A stretch of 64,000 nucleotides of DNA from Patescibacteria group bacterium (GCA_038063455.1 JBBTVB010000002.1:257296-321295); one strand, 5' to 3'. Positions 1 through 7,583 are shown, counted from the stretch's first letter. Numbers and translations are program-made. Notes: generated from the sequence alone by a model not told the origin.

Positions 1-669
1 CTCATCCTCGTCACCGGCCCCACCGGTTGCGGCAAAAGCACGACCCTGGCTGCCATGTTGAACTTCGTCAACAACGAACGCTCCGAGCATATCATTACCC
101 TGGAAGACCCGATTGAATTCCTGTACGAATCCAAAAAATCTATTATCAAGCAGCGCCAGTTGGGCACGGACATGGTCAGCTTCCAAGACGCGCTCAAGCA
201 CGTTCTGCGCCAAGACCCAAACGTCATTATGGTGGGCGAAATGCGCGACCTGGAAACCATTGCTGCCACTATCACCTTGGCCGAAACCGGCCACTTGGTC
301 TTGGCCACCTTGCATACGTTCAATGCTGCGCAGACAGTGGACCGCATTATCGACGTCTTCCCGCCCTACCAGCAAGATCAAGTGCGCATTCAGCTCTCCC
401 TGTTCTTAAAAGGCATTATCTCGCAGCAGCTGTTGCCGCGGGTGAGTGGCGGCCGCATTTCGTCCCGGGAAATTCTTATCAACACACCTGCAATTTCTAA
501 CTTGATCCGGGAAAATAAGATTGCGCAAATTAAAACCACGCTGCAAACCAGTGCTGATGACGGCATGGTGACCATGGACCAAGACTTGAAGCGTCTGTTT
601 GATGCTGGTGAAATTACCGAGGACATTGCCAAGACCTACATGCTTAATCCAGAGACGCTAAAGAATTAA
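1..669 (+). CDS. pilT: Type IV pilus retraction ATPase PilT, C-terminal ~222 aa (5' end outside window)
   Basis: Frame open from nt 1. Walker A GPTGCGKST at nt 16-42, TLHT His-box and AISNLIRENK motif typical of PilT-type secretion ATPases. Confidence 0.85.
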   Translation, partial: LILVTGPTGCGKSTTLAAMLNFVNNERSEHIITLEDPIEFLYESKKSIIKQRQLGTDMVSFQDALKHVLRQDPNVIMVGEMRDLETIAATITLAETGHLVLATLHTFNAAQTVDRIIDVFPPYQQDQVRIQLSLFLKGIISQQLLPRVSGGRISSREILINTPAISNLIRENKIAQIKTTLQTSADDGMVTMDQDLKRLFDAGEITEDIAKTYMLNPETLKN

Positions 670-693
670 CGGAAAAATAATCAATATACGTAT

Positions 694-1245
694 ATGTCGG
701 AAAACGAAAAGGGACGTGCCCACGAAGAAATGAAGAGCGAGCAGCCCGAGGTGTTGTTGTCAGATGAAGAGAAAAGTAAAATAATGGAAGAAAGGGCGAC
801 GCATGACGCATGGCTACTGAACGGTGAAATGGTCGAAGAAGATACTAATGAATATGGGCATGATGGTGGCGGTGGGGCGAAAATCGTAACTTCGACAAGC
901 CTGGAAGGGAAAAAGACATTCACCTATGATTTAACGAAAAAGCAAGTAAACGAACTGCAGCGCGAGATGTGGAAGAAAAATGGAAGAACTCCCGAGCAAG
1001 CCAAAGTTTTTGTAGAGGCAAGTATACAGCGGGAAAAAATTGTCGACGGCGATGCAATTCAAATTAACGAGTGGTATGATAGTGGTTATAACGAAAAATT
1101 TGACTTCATACACCTCGCTCAAGATAGCGTAATTGGAGTGCAAAGCAACGGCGATGAAGTGCGGATACCATACGAAAAAATATTTTCGATAGAGAAAATT
1201 CAATCTGAGGAGCCTGAAAAAATTGAAGATGGTACTGAAGTTTAA
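694..1245 (+). CDS. Hypothetical acidic protein (183 aa)
   Basis: Longest ORF in this interval, followed directly by a hairpin terminator. No motif recognised. Confidence 0.5.
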   Translation: MSENEKGRAHEEMKSEQPEVLLSDEEKSKIMEERATHDAWLLNGEMVEEDTNEYGHDGGGGAKIVTSTSLEGKKTFTYDLTKKQVNELQREMWKKNGRTPEQAKVFVEASIQREKIVDGDAIQINEWYDSGYNEKFDFIHLAQDSVIGVQSNGDEVRIPYEKIFSIEKIQSEEPEKIEDGTEV

Positions 1246-1248
1246 TAA

Positions 1249-1280
1249 GCCGCCGCCCAACCAGGGTGGTGGTTTTGTAA
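1249..1280 (+). terminator. Intrinsic terminator-like hairpin (GCCGCCGCCC aacca GGGTGGTGGT + T-rich tail)
   Basis: A 10-bp stem is possible with G-U pairs, followed by TTTTGTAAAAAAA, immediately after the stop at 1245. The motif recurs at 2508-2534 and partly at 1959-1978. Confidence 0.5.
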
Positions 1281-1309
1281 AAAAAGCCAGCCGTCCAATG
1301 AACGACTGG

Positions 1310-1891
1310 CTACGAGTCTTGCCGTCTGGATGCGACCCGGTAGGCATCAAGAATGAAGAGCAATGAAATAGCTTGTTGCGCGCAGAGCCAAGGGTAGTTT
1401 TGGATCCACATGAGCCAGCAGCCAGCAACGTGCATGAGCAGGTACCACAGGTAGCCACTGTGCCGCTGTAGGGCGAGCTGGTAGGTGCCAAGCAGGAAGC
1501 CGGCAACGAGGCTGATTTCCAAACACTGATTGAGTGTGGTTATGCCGCCAAAGTCATACAGGCTGACGGCAAAACCAATGGGTATACACGCAAAGGCAAG
1601 GTGGTTAAGCCAGCGAGGCGGCTTGCTCCCTTGGCCTCGAATGGCCATGATAAGCCCGAGAACCATAGCTGGTGCACCGCTTGCTTCAACCGAAGCGACT
1701 ATCCAGTTGTGCGAGTGAATGAGGATAATCACCCACGGCGGCAGACCAACCAGGTAGACTGCCCAAGCGGCAATCCTCAATGTTCGAGCGCTGTGAATTT
1801 TGCCGCTCTTGGTCTTTCGCTCCGAAATGGAAAGGAATATTTTGTTGAGGAGATAGCAACCCCCTCCAAGCAACTGCAAGAATGCTTGCAT
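1310..1891 (-). CDS. Integral membrane protein (193 aa, ~6 predicted TM), function unknown
   Basis: Hydrophobic segments throughout. SD GGAGGT lies 6 nt upstream of the ATG. Terminator hairpin at 1284-1310 on the minus strand. Confidence 0.7.
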   Translation of the reverse strand: MQAFLQLLGGGCYLLNKIFLSISERKTKSGKIHSARTLRIAAWAVYLVGLPPWVIILIHSHNWIVASVEASGAPAMVLGLIMAIRGQGSKPPRWLNHLAFACIPIGFAVSLYDFGGITTLNQCLEISLVAGFLLGTYQLALQRHSGYLWYLLMHVAGCWLMWIQNYPWLCAQQAISLLFILDAYRVASRRQDS

Positions 1892-2026
1892 GAGGGACCT
1901 CCATACCTTTTGTGTTTCAAATGACTTTATACCTTCTCAAAAATTGCGTCAAGGCAAGCCAGGGGCGGCGGCTTTGTAAAGAAAAGACTCGCCTGCAGCT
2001 GGCGAGTCTTAGGGTCATACTTTTAT

Positions 2027-2410
2027 CTACCGACTAGTCCCCGTTAAAAAGGTAGTTACGTGCTGCACTTGATGCTTGCAGATGCCCTGTAAAAATTTTA
2101 AAAGCCTACGATTATCACCAACGAAAGCTTGGAAGCGACCCTGCCGACGACATTGCCAAAGCGCGCCGCCTATATCAAGCTGATAGATGGTCTTCCTTCC
2201 ATTAGTATACTTAACGGTTGCAAGGAAGAATGGCGCGGGGTGATGAGGAACATAGACTGTCCTCTTCGCCTTTGCTAGCGCTAGAGCTCTAGCAAACTCT
2301 GCTCTCATTTTCAGGTCTTGAACAGTGATCGCTTTAGGTTCGACCATCAAACCCAGGACACCTCGCAATTGAATTGTCAAAGACTTTATACTTTTTCCAC
2401 TTTGAATCAT
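2027..2410 (-). CDS. Hypothetical protein (127 aa if started at internal ATG; track ORF extends to 2539)
   Basis: AAAGGAG SD lies 5 nt upstream of the ATG at 2410. The longer N-terminus would read through the repeated hairpin motif at 2508-2534. Terminator hairpin at 1985-2012. Confidence 0.5.
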   Translation of the reverse strand: MIQSGKSIKSLTIQLRGVLGLMVEPKAITVQDLKMRAEFARALALAKAKRTVYVPHHPAPFFLATVKYTNGRKTIYQLDIGGALWQCRRQGRFQAFVGDNRRLLKFLQGICKHQVQHVTTFLTGTSR

Positions 2411-2645
2411 CCGCACTCCTTTCAAATGAGCAATGTACTTATCAAAGATTATCACGAAATTGTTACTCGGTAAATGAAGGTCCGCGAGAATAAAGTCTAA
2501 ATTTTTTCCGCCCAACCAGGGCGGTGGTTTTGTAGACATAAAACCTGCCTACATTTGTAGTATTGACCTTCCTGTAAAAACCTGATAGTTTGCAATGAAT
2601 GCACATTGACAGCACAACGGGGACACAGTCCCAGAAAGTGAAAAA

Positions 2646-3194
2646 ATGCGATTCTATTTGTTTGAATCACAAATTAACGAGCATAAAATACTCGACCTTT
2701 TGAATGCCTTAAAACAAGCGAATGGGCCACAGGGCGTGTACGTAAATTCTCCCGGCGGTACGTTTGAATTTTTTTCCCAGCTCGGGCCAGCCATTGAACG
2801 TCGAGGTATCGTCACCCTCAGTGGCGATGTCCGGTCTGCGGCAGTCATCTTGGCGCTGCTAGGAAACAGGCGATACGCCCTCCCTGATTCGACGTTTTTC
2901 TTTCATGAGGTAAGGACTATAGTAAACGAGTCACAACAGGTAACCTTATACGACCTCGATGAATTTCTCGAGTATGAACATTACATGTCGGGGAAAATGC
3001 GGGAGGGAATTCAGGAATGGCGAAGGCAGATGCTGGTGGCGCAAAATTGGTTTCTCAGGTATCTCTCTGAGAGAACCGGGGTGGCTATTGGGACTCTGCT
3101 CAACCTTATGAGGAGTGAGGCCACACTCACGGCTCACGATGCTTTGCGGTACGGCATCATTCACGAGATCCTACCTTGTATACCTATGGAATAA
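2646..3194 (+). CDS. Divergent ClpP/S14-like serine peptidase paralog (182 aa)
   Basis: VNSPGGT (ClpP INSPGG), SAAVIL (Ser site), FFFHEV (His site) and C-terminal LRYGIIHEI (ClpP YGIIDxI). No obvious third catalytic Asp. Confidence 0.65.
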   Translation: MRFYLFESQINEHKILDLLNALKQANGPQGVYVNSPGGTFEFFSQLGPAIERRGIVTLSGDVRSAAVILALLGNRRYALPDSTFFFHEVRTIVNESQQVTLYDLDEFLEYEHYMSGKMREGIQEWRRQMLVAQNWFLRYLSERTGVAIGTLLNLMRSEATLTAHDALRYGIIHEILPCIPME

Positions 3195-3293
3195 AACACA
3201 AAAAATCGACCGCGCTTTACTCTGCTACAACAAGCGGAGCGAGTGCGATTTTTTTGTTGCAACGAAGATTGACACATGCTACCTTGCTTCCGC

Positions 3294-3370
3294 GCGCCCG
3301 TAGCTCAATTGGATAGAGTACATGGCTTCGGACCATGGGGTTGGGGGTTCGAATCCCTCCGGGCGCACCA
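3294..3370 (+). tRNA. tRNA-Arg (anticodon TCG), CCA encoded
   Basis: Manual cloverleaf: acceptor GCGCCCG/CGGGCGC, anticodon arm CATGG-CTTCGGA-CCATG, T arm GGGGG-TTCGAAT-CCCTC. Confidence 0.9.
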
Positions 3371-3419
3371 GCCACTTGAGCATGCTCTAAATGGCAACAC
3401 AGGTGGATAACTCTATAAG

Positions 3420-3445
3420 AATCGCTCAACAGAGCGATTTTTTCT
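3420..3445 (+). terminator. Intrinsic terminator after tRNA-Arg
   Basis: AATCGCTC aaca GAGCGATT followed by TTTTTT. Confidence 0.75.
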
Positions 3446-3520
3446 TTCCACAGAAGTTGTACGAAGAGGAAAGTTCGAATTAGATTTGGAGGGGGAGATT
3501 GTTCGTTCGAACCTTTTGAA

Positions 3521-3745
3521 TCAGAAAAGTGACTGCTGACGAGGCTGATGAGGGGGAGGTTCACTCGGTTGAGATGTTTGCTTTTTGTCAGGCTTCGGAG
3601 CATCGTTGTCATGGCTGAGTAGGAGCCGAAAAAGGTTCACGAGCCTATGACCCATTTCCCATGCTTCGTCGTCAGTCAGGTCCTCGCCGAAATCCTCTTT
3701 GTGGATGCGTTTCAGTTCGTCGATGTGGTGCTGTTCGAGAGACAT
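3521..3745 (-). CDS. Hypothetical small protein (74 aa; acidic helical N-half, Pro/Gln-rich tail)
   Basis: ORF 75 nt downstream of the HEPN gene on the same strand. No motif recognised. Confidence 0.45.
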   Translation of the reverse strand: MSLEQHHIDELKRIHKEDFGEDLTDDEAWEMGHRLVNLFRLLLSHDNDAPKPDKKQTSQPSEPPPHQPRQQSLF

Positions 3746-3819
3746 GATCGATTCAAGAGCTGGTTTCGAGCAAGGCTAAGCACACTGGTCCACCAATTCA
3801 GACAGACCGACTTTGAAGT

Positions 3820-4326
3820 CTAGAATCTAGCCGTCTTCTTATACACCTTCTTATAAACCAGCGATATTACACTCTTGATCGTGTCGAGTGATATTTGTGC
3901 ATGTTTCTTCGTGATAGCCGCGCTTTGTTGAGCCTTGGGATGCACAAGTGAATTTCTCCAATCCTCAACATTGCGAAGATTTGCCCAAAGGAGGTCCTCA
4001 TTGTTGATGTTGTAGTTTCCGAACCTCTTTAGCAGGAAAATAAGCTTGTCTCTTGTAGGTAAGTACTTCGTCCCAGAAATGACAAAGTTTCCATTTGAGT
4101 ATTCCAATTTCTGTTCACTCAAAAAGGCTCGCTCGTGAAGCTCTAGGCTCTTGAGCGAGATAAAGTCAGAAAATGCAAGACTAATAAATCCCTCTAAACC
4201 AAACCATGAAAATGCGATTGATGATTTGAAGTACAAATCCTTGAGGAATGCGTCCTTCTCAGCCACTCCTTGACTGAGCAGTGTTTCTGCTCCTTTCACC
4301 AGCTGTCCAATTTCTGATACCTTCAT
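3820..4326 (-). CDS. Minimal HEPN-domain protein (168 aa), putative RNase effector
   Basis: RNSLVH (aa 124-129, nt 3940-3957) fits the HEPN R[NDH]x3H / Rx4-6H motif. Sequence is helix-rich. The ATG overlaps the upstream stop (ATGA at 4323-4326). Confidence 0.6.
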   Translation of the reverse strand: MKVSEIGQLVKGAETLLSQGVAEKDAFLKDLYFKSSIAFSWFGLEGFISLAFSDFISLKSLELHERAFLSEQKLEYSNGNFVISGTKYLPTRDKLIFLLKRFGNYNINNEDLLWANLRNVEDWRNSLVHPKAQQSAAITKKHAQISLDTIKSVISLVYKKVYKKTARF

Positions 4327-5600
4327 ATACGATTCTTTGCCTTAGTCACTTCTGCCTTCGCGAGTTTGGCATGATAGCTTTTCAATGCCAATTCGATGAG
4401 GAGCTTAGTTAATGTCGGCTTCGCATTTTCAACAAATTGAACGAAGACTTCTGCCATTCTTCCCAGTTCTTTCTTGTCAGATCGTGTGCCTACCCCACGA
4501 TACGTGTCGCTATCTGTGTGGTGCTTAGTAGTCGAAAGTGCCTCTGCGTTCAGAGGGTCGATGTTTGCGGGCTTGCTGAGGCTAAACAATTTTGTCAACA
4601 GTTTCTTGTCGCTCGATAGAGATCCAGCAACCATCGCGAAAGCCGCAGTTACTACTGGCGTGATAGTCTTTGTCTTGAACTCTCCAAACCTCTTGAGCTT
4701 GTCATTGTCTTCAATAGCCGTAATTTGCTGCTTGTGAATCTCCGCAAATGCCTTTCCCGCTCGAATGAGGTCGGGATCCTGCCATAGCTCCTCGCCCTTC
4801 GCATCCAGCAATGAAGTGTACTTATCATCGACCGCGCCTCCGATACTTGATCGACATAGGTAGGGAGAATACAATGCATCCGCGTCATAAGGAGTAGACT
4901 TTCCTTCAAAGAAATTGACGATAAAACTCCTTGCGGATCGCACGGTAATCAACCCCTCTTGATTTTTTCGGTCAGCAAAATCCTTGCCTTTACCTAAGAG
5001 CCCGACAGATTGACACCATTCGCGTAAGCCGGAACGCAACATGGTCTCTTGCATACGATCAAGCAGGTCGACAGGAATTGCGATGTTGGTATTAGAGATC
5101 TGTGCAATCTCGTTCCGTTGCTCTCTCGTCAACGCAAAGTAGCACTTGAAGCCATGAGGGAGGTCAATTCCATCTTGCAAGGCGTCGCCGATAGCAATGA
5201 CCCGATGTTGTCCGCCCAGTACCTTTAGAGGTTTCGAAGCCTCATAAGCTTGATTAAATTCAACGATTAAGTCACTGAACTGCCTCCCTTTTTGTGCGTC
5301 CTCCAACATTTGGGCAAATGCACGATGCTCCTCCTGGATGCTTCGATTTGCCCTATACTCGACTTGTTCATCAGGGTCTAGTACTGCGTCGGGGTCAAGG
5401 AGTGGATCGGCCACAGAAGCAAGTATGTGACACTCGACGTAGTAGGACTTACTCTTTTGGTCCTGGAAGATAATGGGGGTAATGCTCGACGAGCTCTCTA
5501 TGGTTGTGACTGACTTCCAAAACAGTAGAAAGGCCTTCTCCGCCTCACTAGGGAAGTCTGCAATGCGACTGTCTAGAATGTAATTCTTCACTTCGATCAT
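4323..5600 (-). CDS. DGQHR-domain (DndB-like, ParB/Srx-fold) protein (425 aa)
   Basis: LKVLGGQHRVIAIGD (GGQHR = aa 129-133, nt 5202-5216), the hallmark strand plus motif of DGQHR/ParB-like domains. SD AAGGAAG upstream of the ATG. Confidence 0.65.
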   Translation of the reverse strand: MIEVKNYILDSRIADFPSEAEKAFLLFWKSVTTIESSSSITPIIFQDQKSKSYYVECHILASVADPLLDPDAVLDPDEQVEYRANRSIQEEHRAFAQMLEDAQKGRQFSDLIVEFNQAYEASKPLKVLGGQHRVIAIGDALQDGIDLPHGFKCYFALTREQRNEIAQISNTNIAIPVDLLDRMQETMLRSGLREWCQSVGLLGKGKDFADRKNQEGLITVRSARSFIVNFFEGKSTPYDADALYSPYLCRSSIGGAVDDKYTSLLDAKGEELWQDPDLIRAGKAFAEIHKQQITAIEDNDKLKRFGEFKTKTITPVVTAAFAMVAGSLSSDKKLLTKLFSLSKPANIDPLNAEALSTTKHHTDSDTYRGVGTRSDKKELGRMAEVFVQFVENAKPTLTKLLIELALKSYHAKLAKAEVTKAKNRI

Positions 5601-5736
5601 ACTTCCTTGGGTAGCTGTTTATGAACCCACAATTGAGATATTCGCAATCAAAAAGTTACAGCATATGCTGAGTTTGCGCAACTTCACCGTGAAAAGCCGC
5701 CTTCAATCTAGAGGAGAGTTTTCCACATAACATGTA

Positions 5737-6018
5737 CTATTGCGCAATTGCCCTGTGTCGCGAGCCTGCTACACTCCCATCAGACAGTTTATAGATTGTT
5801 CTTTTCCTCTTCGAGAATTGCTTCAATCGATCCTGCGATTTCAATTTCGTCGCTGCGAGGATCTGCTTGAAGCTGGGCGCCGATGGATTTTTACGGTAAA
5901 AGGTGCAAACCTGATCCATCAGGCCGCACCAGCTCGTTTCGCGGTCACAGTTCCGCGTGATGCGCGTTCGCCCATCCCGCTTCACCGTTCCCGCGAAGCC
6001 TCGCTTTACCCCAAACAT
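5737..6018 (-). CDS. Candidate small basic protein (93 aa), possible HTH regulator
   Basis: GAGGGAG SD (6024-6030) lies 5 nt upstream of the ATG at 6018. Arg/Lys-rich. The N-terminal half coincides with GC-rich hairpins, so coding status is uncertain. Confidence 0.35.
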   Translation of the reverse strand: MFGVKRGFAGTVKRDGRTRITRNCDRETSWCGLMDQVCTFYRKNPSAPSFKQILAATKLKSQDRLKQFSKRKRTIYKLSDGSVAGSRHRAIAQ

Positions 6019-6217
6019 TCGTGCTCCCTCACGGAGTTTACCCCGCCGAAGGGCGGGGTTCGGTCCGCGCCAAATGTTTGGGGACCCCGAAACCGATCTG
6101 GACCAGGACCTAAATCATCTTGCAACAGACACCTATTCAACCTATGGGGGCTTGACCTTCTTTAGGTTGCGTGATAACTTTATTTGAAACATAAAATAAA
6201 TTGAAAAAGGAGCCGAC

Positions 6218-6526
6218 ATGCTTAAGTTTATGAATGCTTTGCATTGCAGGTTTGAGCCATTTATGAACGCACGTTGGTTCAAATCCTTGATGCTCTTTAT
6301 AATATTCTTGAACCCTTTTGCCATCATTCCACAGGTCTACCAAGTATGCACGTCGACCAGTGTGGAGGGTGTATCTCTGTTTACGTGGTGCATTTTTGGG
6401 GCAATCCAAACAGCACTTGCATTCGAAGCGGTTAGGACGAAGAGTGTGGGGATATTCTTTTCGATGGCTGTAAGCGTGGTCGAATCAACTACCATTATAG
6501 TTGTTACGTACTTGCGAAGTTCATAA
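6218..6526 (+). CDS. SemiSWEET / PQ-loop family small membrane transporter (102 aa)
   Basis: IIPQVYQV PQ-loop motif followed by EGVSLFTW. Three hydrophobic segments. SD AAAGGAG upstream. Confidence 0.7.
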   Translation: MLKFMNALHCRFEPFMNARWFKSLMLFIIFLNPFAIIPQVYQVCTSTSVEGVSLFTWCIFGAIQTALAFEAVRTKSVGIFFSMAVSVVESTTIIVVTYLRSS

Positions 6527-6621
6527 AAACACTCCATAAACAAAGCCCTTGCGTCTAGCGGGGCTTTTCTTTTTCATGCATCTTGCTTAATATTTGGCTC
6601 CTCTATACAATGCTGTGGCGT

Positions 6622-6697
6622 GGGAGCATAGCTCAGCTGGTAGAGCAGATCCCTCTTAAGGATATGGTCGGGGGTTCGAATCCCTCTGCTCCCACCA
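6622..6697 (+). tRNA. tRNA-Lys (anticodon CTT), CCA encoded
   Basis: Manual cloverleaf: acceptor GGGAGCA/TGCTCCC, anticodon loop CTCTTAA, T arm GGGGG-TTCGAAT-CCCTC. Confidence 0.9.
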
Positions 6698-6732
6698 GGA
6701 ACCATCACTAGATTCGGTTTCATGGCAAGCCA
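6695..6732 (+). repeat. CCA-pairing trailer hairpin + TGGCAAGCCA motif (tRNA-Lys copy)
   Basis: CCAGGAACC ... GGTTTCATGG pairs with the encoded CCA. TGGCAAGCCA at 6723-6732. Confidence 0.6.
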
Positions 6733-6787
6733 CGAGAGTGTCTCGCCGTGTTTCCGGTGCAAGGGATTCGAACGGGTGCGACCCATC

Positions 6788-6832
6788 GGGAGCACCCTGG
6801 CCCCGAAGGGGCGAATCCCTCTGCTCCCACCA
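6788..6832 (+). pseudogene. tRNA-Lys-derived minihelix / att-like scar (acceptor 5' strand + last 21 nt of tRNA-Lys)
   Basis: GGGAGCA + 17 nt + CGAATCCCTCTGCTCCCACCA. The last 21 nt (6812-6832) are identical to 6677-6697 of the intact tRNA. Confidence 0.55.
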
Positions 6833-6984
6833 AGCTGGAAATAGCTCGAAGATAGCTAGCCTAGAAAAACCGCCAAGAACTGACGGTTTTTCTATTGCCA
6901 ATTGGAGCTGCGTTCTTTGCTGACTTGCCAAACCCCACGCAAAGAGTACTGTAACTCCAAAGAAAATCAACAAAGGAGGTTGAA

Positions 6985-7242
6985 ATGAACGCAATGACCT
7001 ACACGCCGATTGGCTGGCAAACGAACCGGAATGGCGTAACCATTCTCGTAAGCTTAGAGATACCAGAAACAGCAGCCGAATCACTGGTTGGCATGTGCGA
7101 CACCACAGCACAAGATTCCCAAACGCTTGCAATTGTATCGTATGCGAAAGGAAAGGTTGCAATCATTCCTATGCGCGATGCACAAGGCCACCGCCAAATC
7201 CAGATTAGACCGTACGTTGCAGGAACAGTCTATACAGCATAA
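6985..7242 (+). CDS. Hypothetical protein (85 aa)
   Basis: SD AAAGGAGG upstream of the ATG, with a bidirectional terminator hairpin at 7262-7290. Confidence 0.55.
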   Translation: MNAMTYTPIGWQTNRNGVTILVSLEIPETAAESLVGMCDTTAQDSQTLAIVSYAKGKVAIIPMRDAQGHRQIQIRPYVAGTVYTA

Positions 7243-7304
7243 AAAATTGCTGTAACGAAAAACAGGCCGGAGTAATCTAGCCTGTTTCTTTTATGCACAA
7301 TAGT

Positions 7305-7583
7305 TTACGACTTCAGAGCATCCTTTAGCGACTTGCCAGCCTTGAACTTAGGCACGCGCACGGCGGCAATCTGGATTTTCTGCGTGGGGTTCTGTGGGTT
7401 AACGCCAGTACGGGCGGACCGCTGCTTGGCCATGAACGTCCCAAAACCGGTGAGCGTTACTTCACCATTCGCTTTCAAGGTCTCGGTAACGGTATCTTCA
7501 AAACCCTGTAGCACGTCTTCAACTTGCTTCTTCACCAAGTTGGTCTTGGTGGCAAGCGTATCGATGAGTTCAGCTTTGTTCAT
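7305..7583 (-). CDS. hup: DNA-binding protein HU
   Basis: MNKAELID...GFGTF...RTGVNPQNPTQKIQIAA..VPKFKAGK is the classic HU/IHF signature. The ATG at 7583 is preceded by AAGGGGGTG. Confidence 0.9.
   Translation of the reverse strand: MNKAELIDTLATKTNLVKKQVEDVLQGFEDTVTETLKANGEVTLTGFGTFMAKQRSARTGVNPQNPTQKIQIAAVRVPKFKAGKSLKDALKS

Noticed and set aside
3394-3404. DnaA-box-like GGTGGATAA after tRNA-Arg
   Set aside because: It is a single 8-of-9 match with no cluster of boxes or AT-rich unwinding element nearby.
5659-5677. Shared 16-nt motif ATGCTRAGTTTGCGC at 5661-5677 and 10889-10903
   Set aside because: There are only two copies with no common context, which could be chance. It is not reported as a feature.
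5900-6000. Resemblance of the minus strand (GGGAACGGTGAAGC ... AACTGTGACC) to a cobalamin riboswitch core
   Set aside because: The B12 box and GCCACTG element are absent, the order of elements does not fit, and no cobalamin-related gene lies downstream.
5740-6187. Plus-strand ORFs of 141 and 76 aa in the GC-rich region
   Set aside because: They are Arg/Pro-rich low-complexity translations of the hairpin region, have no start signals, and point toward the SemiSWEET promoter.
6574-7162. ORFs of 73 and 168 aa on the minus strand
   Set aside because: They read through tRNA-Lys antisense (the GIRTPD...LLYQLSY signature) and the att-like scar, so they are not coding.
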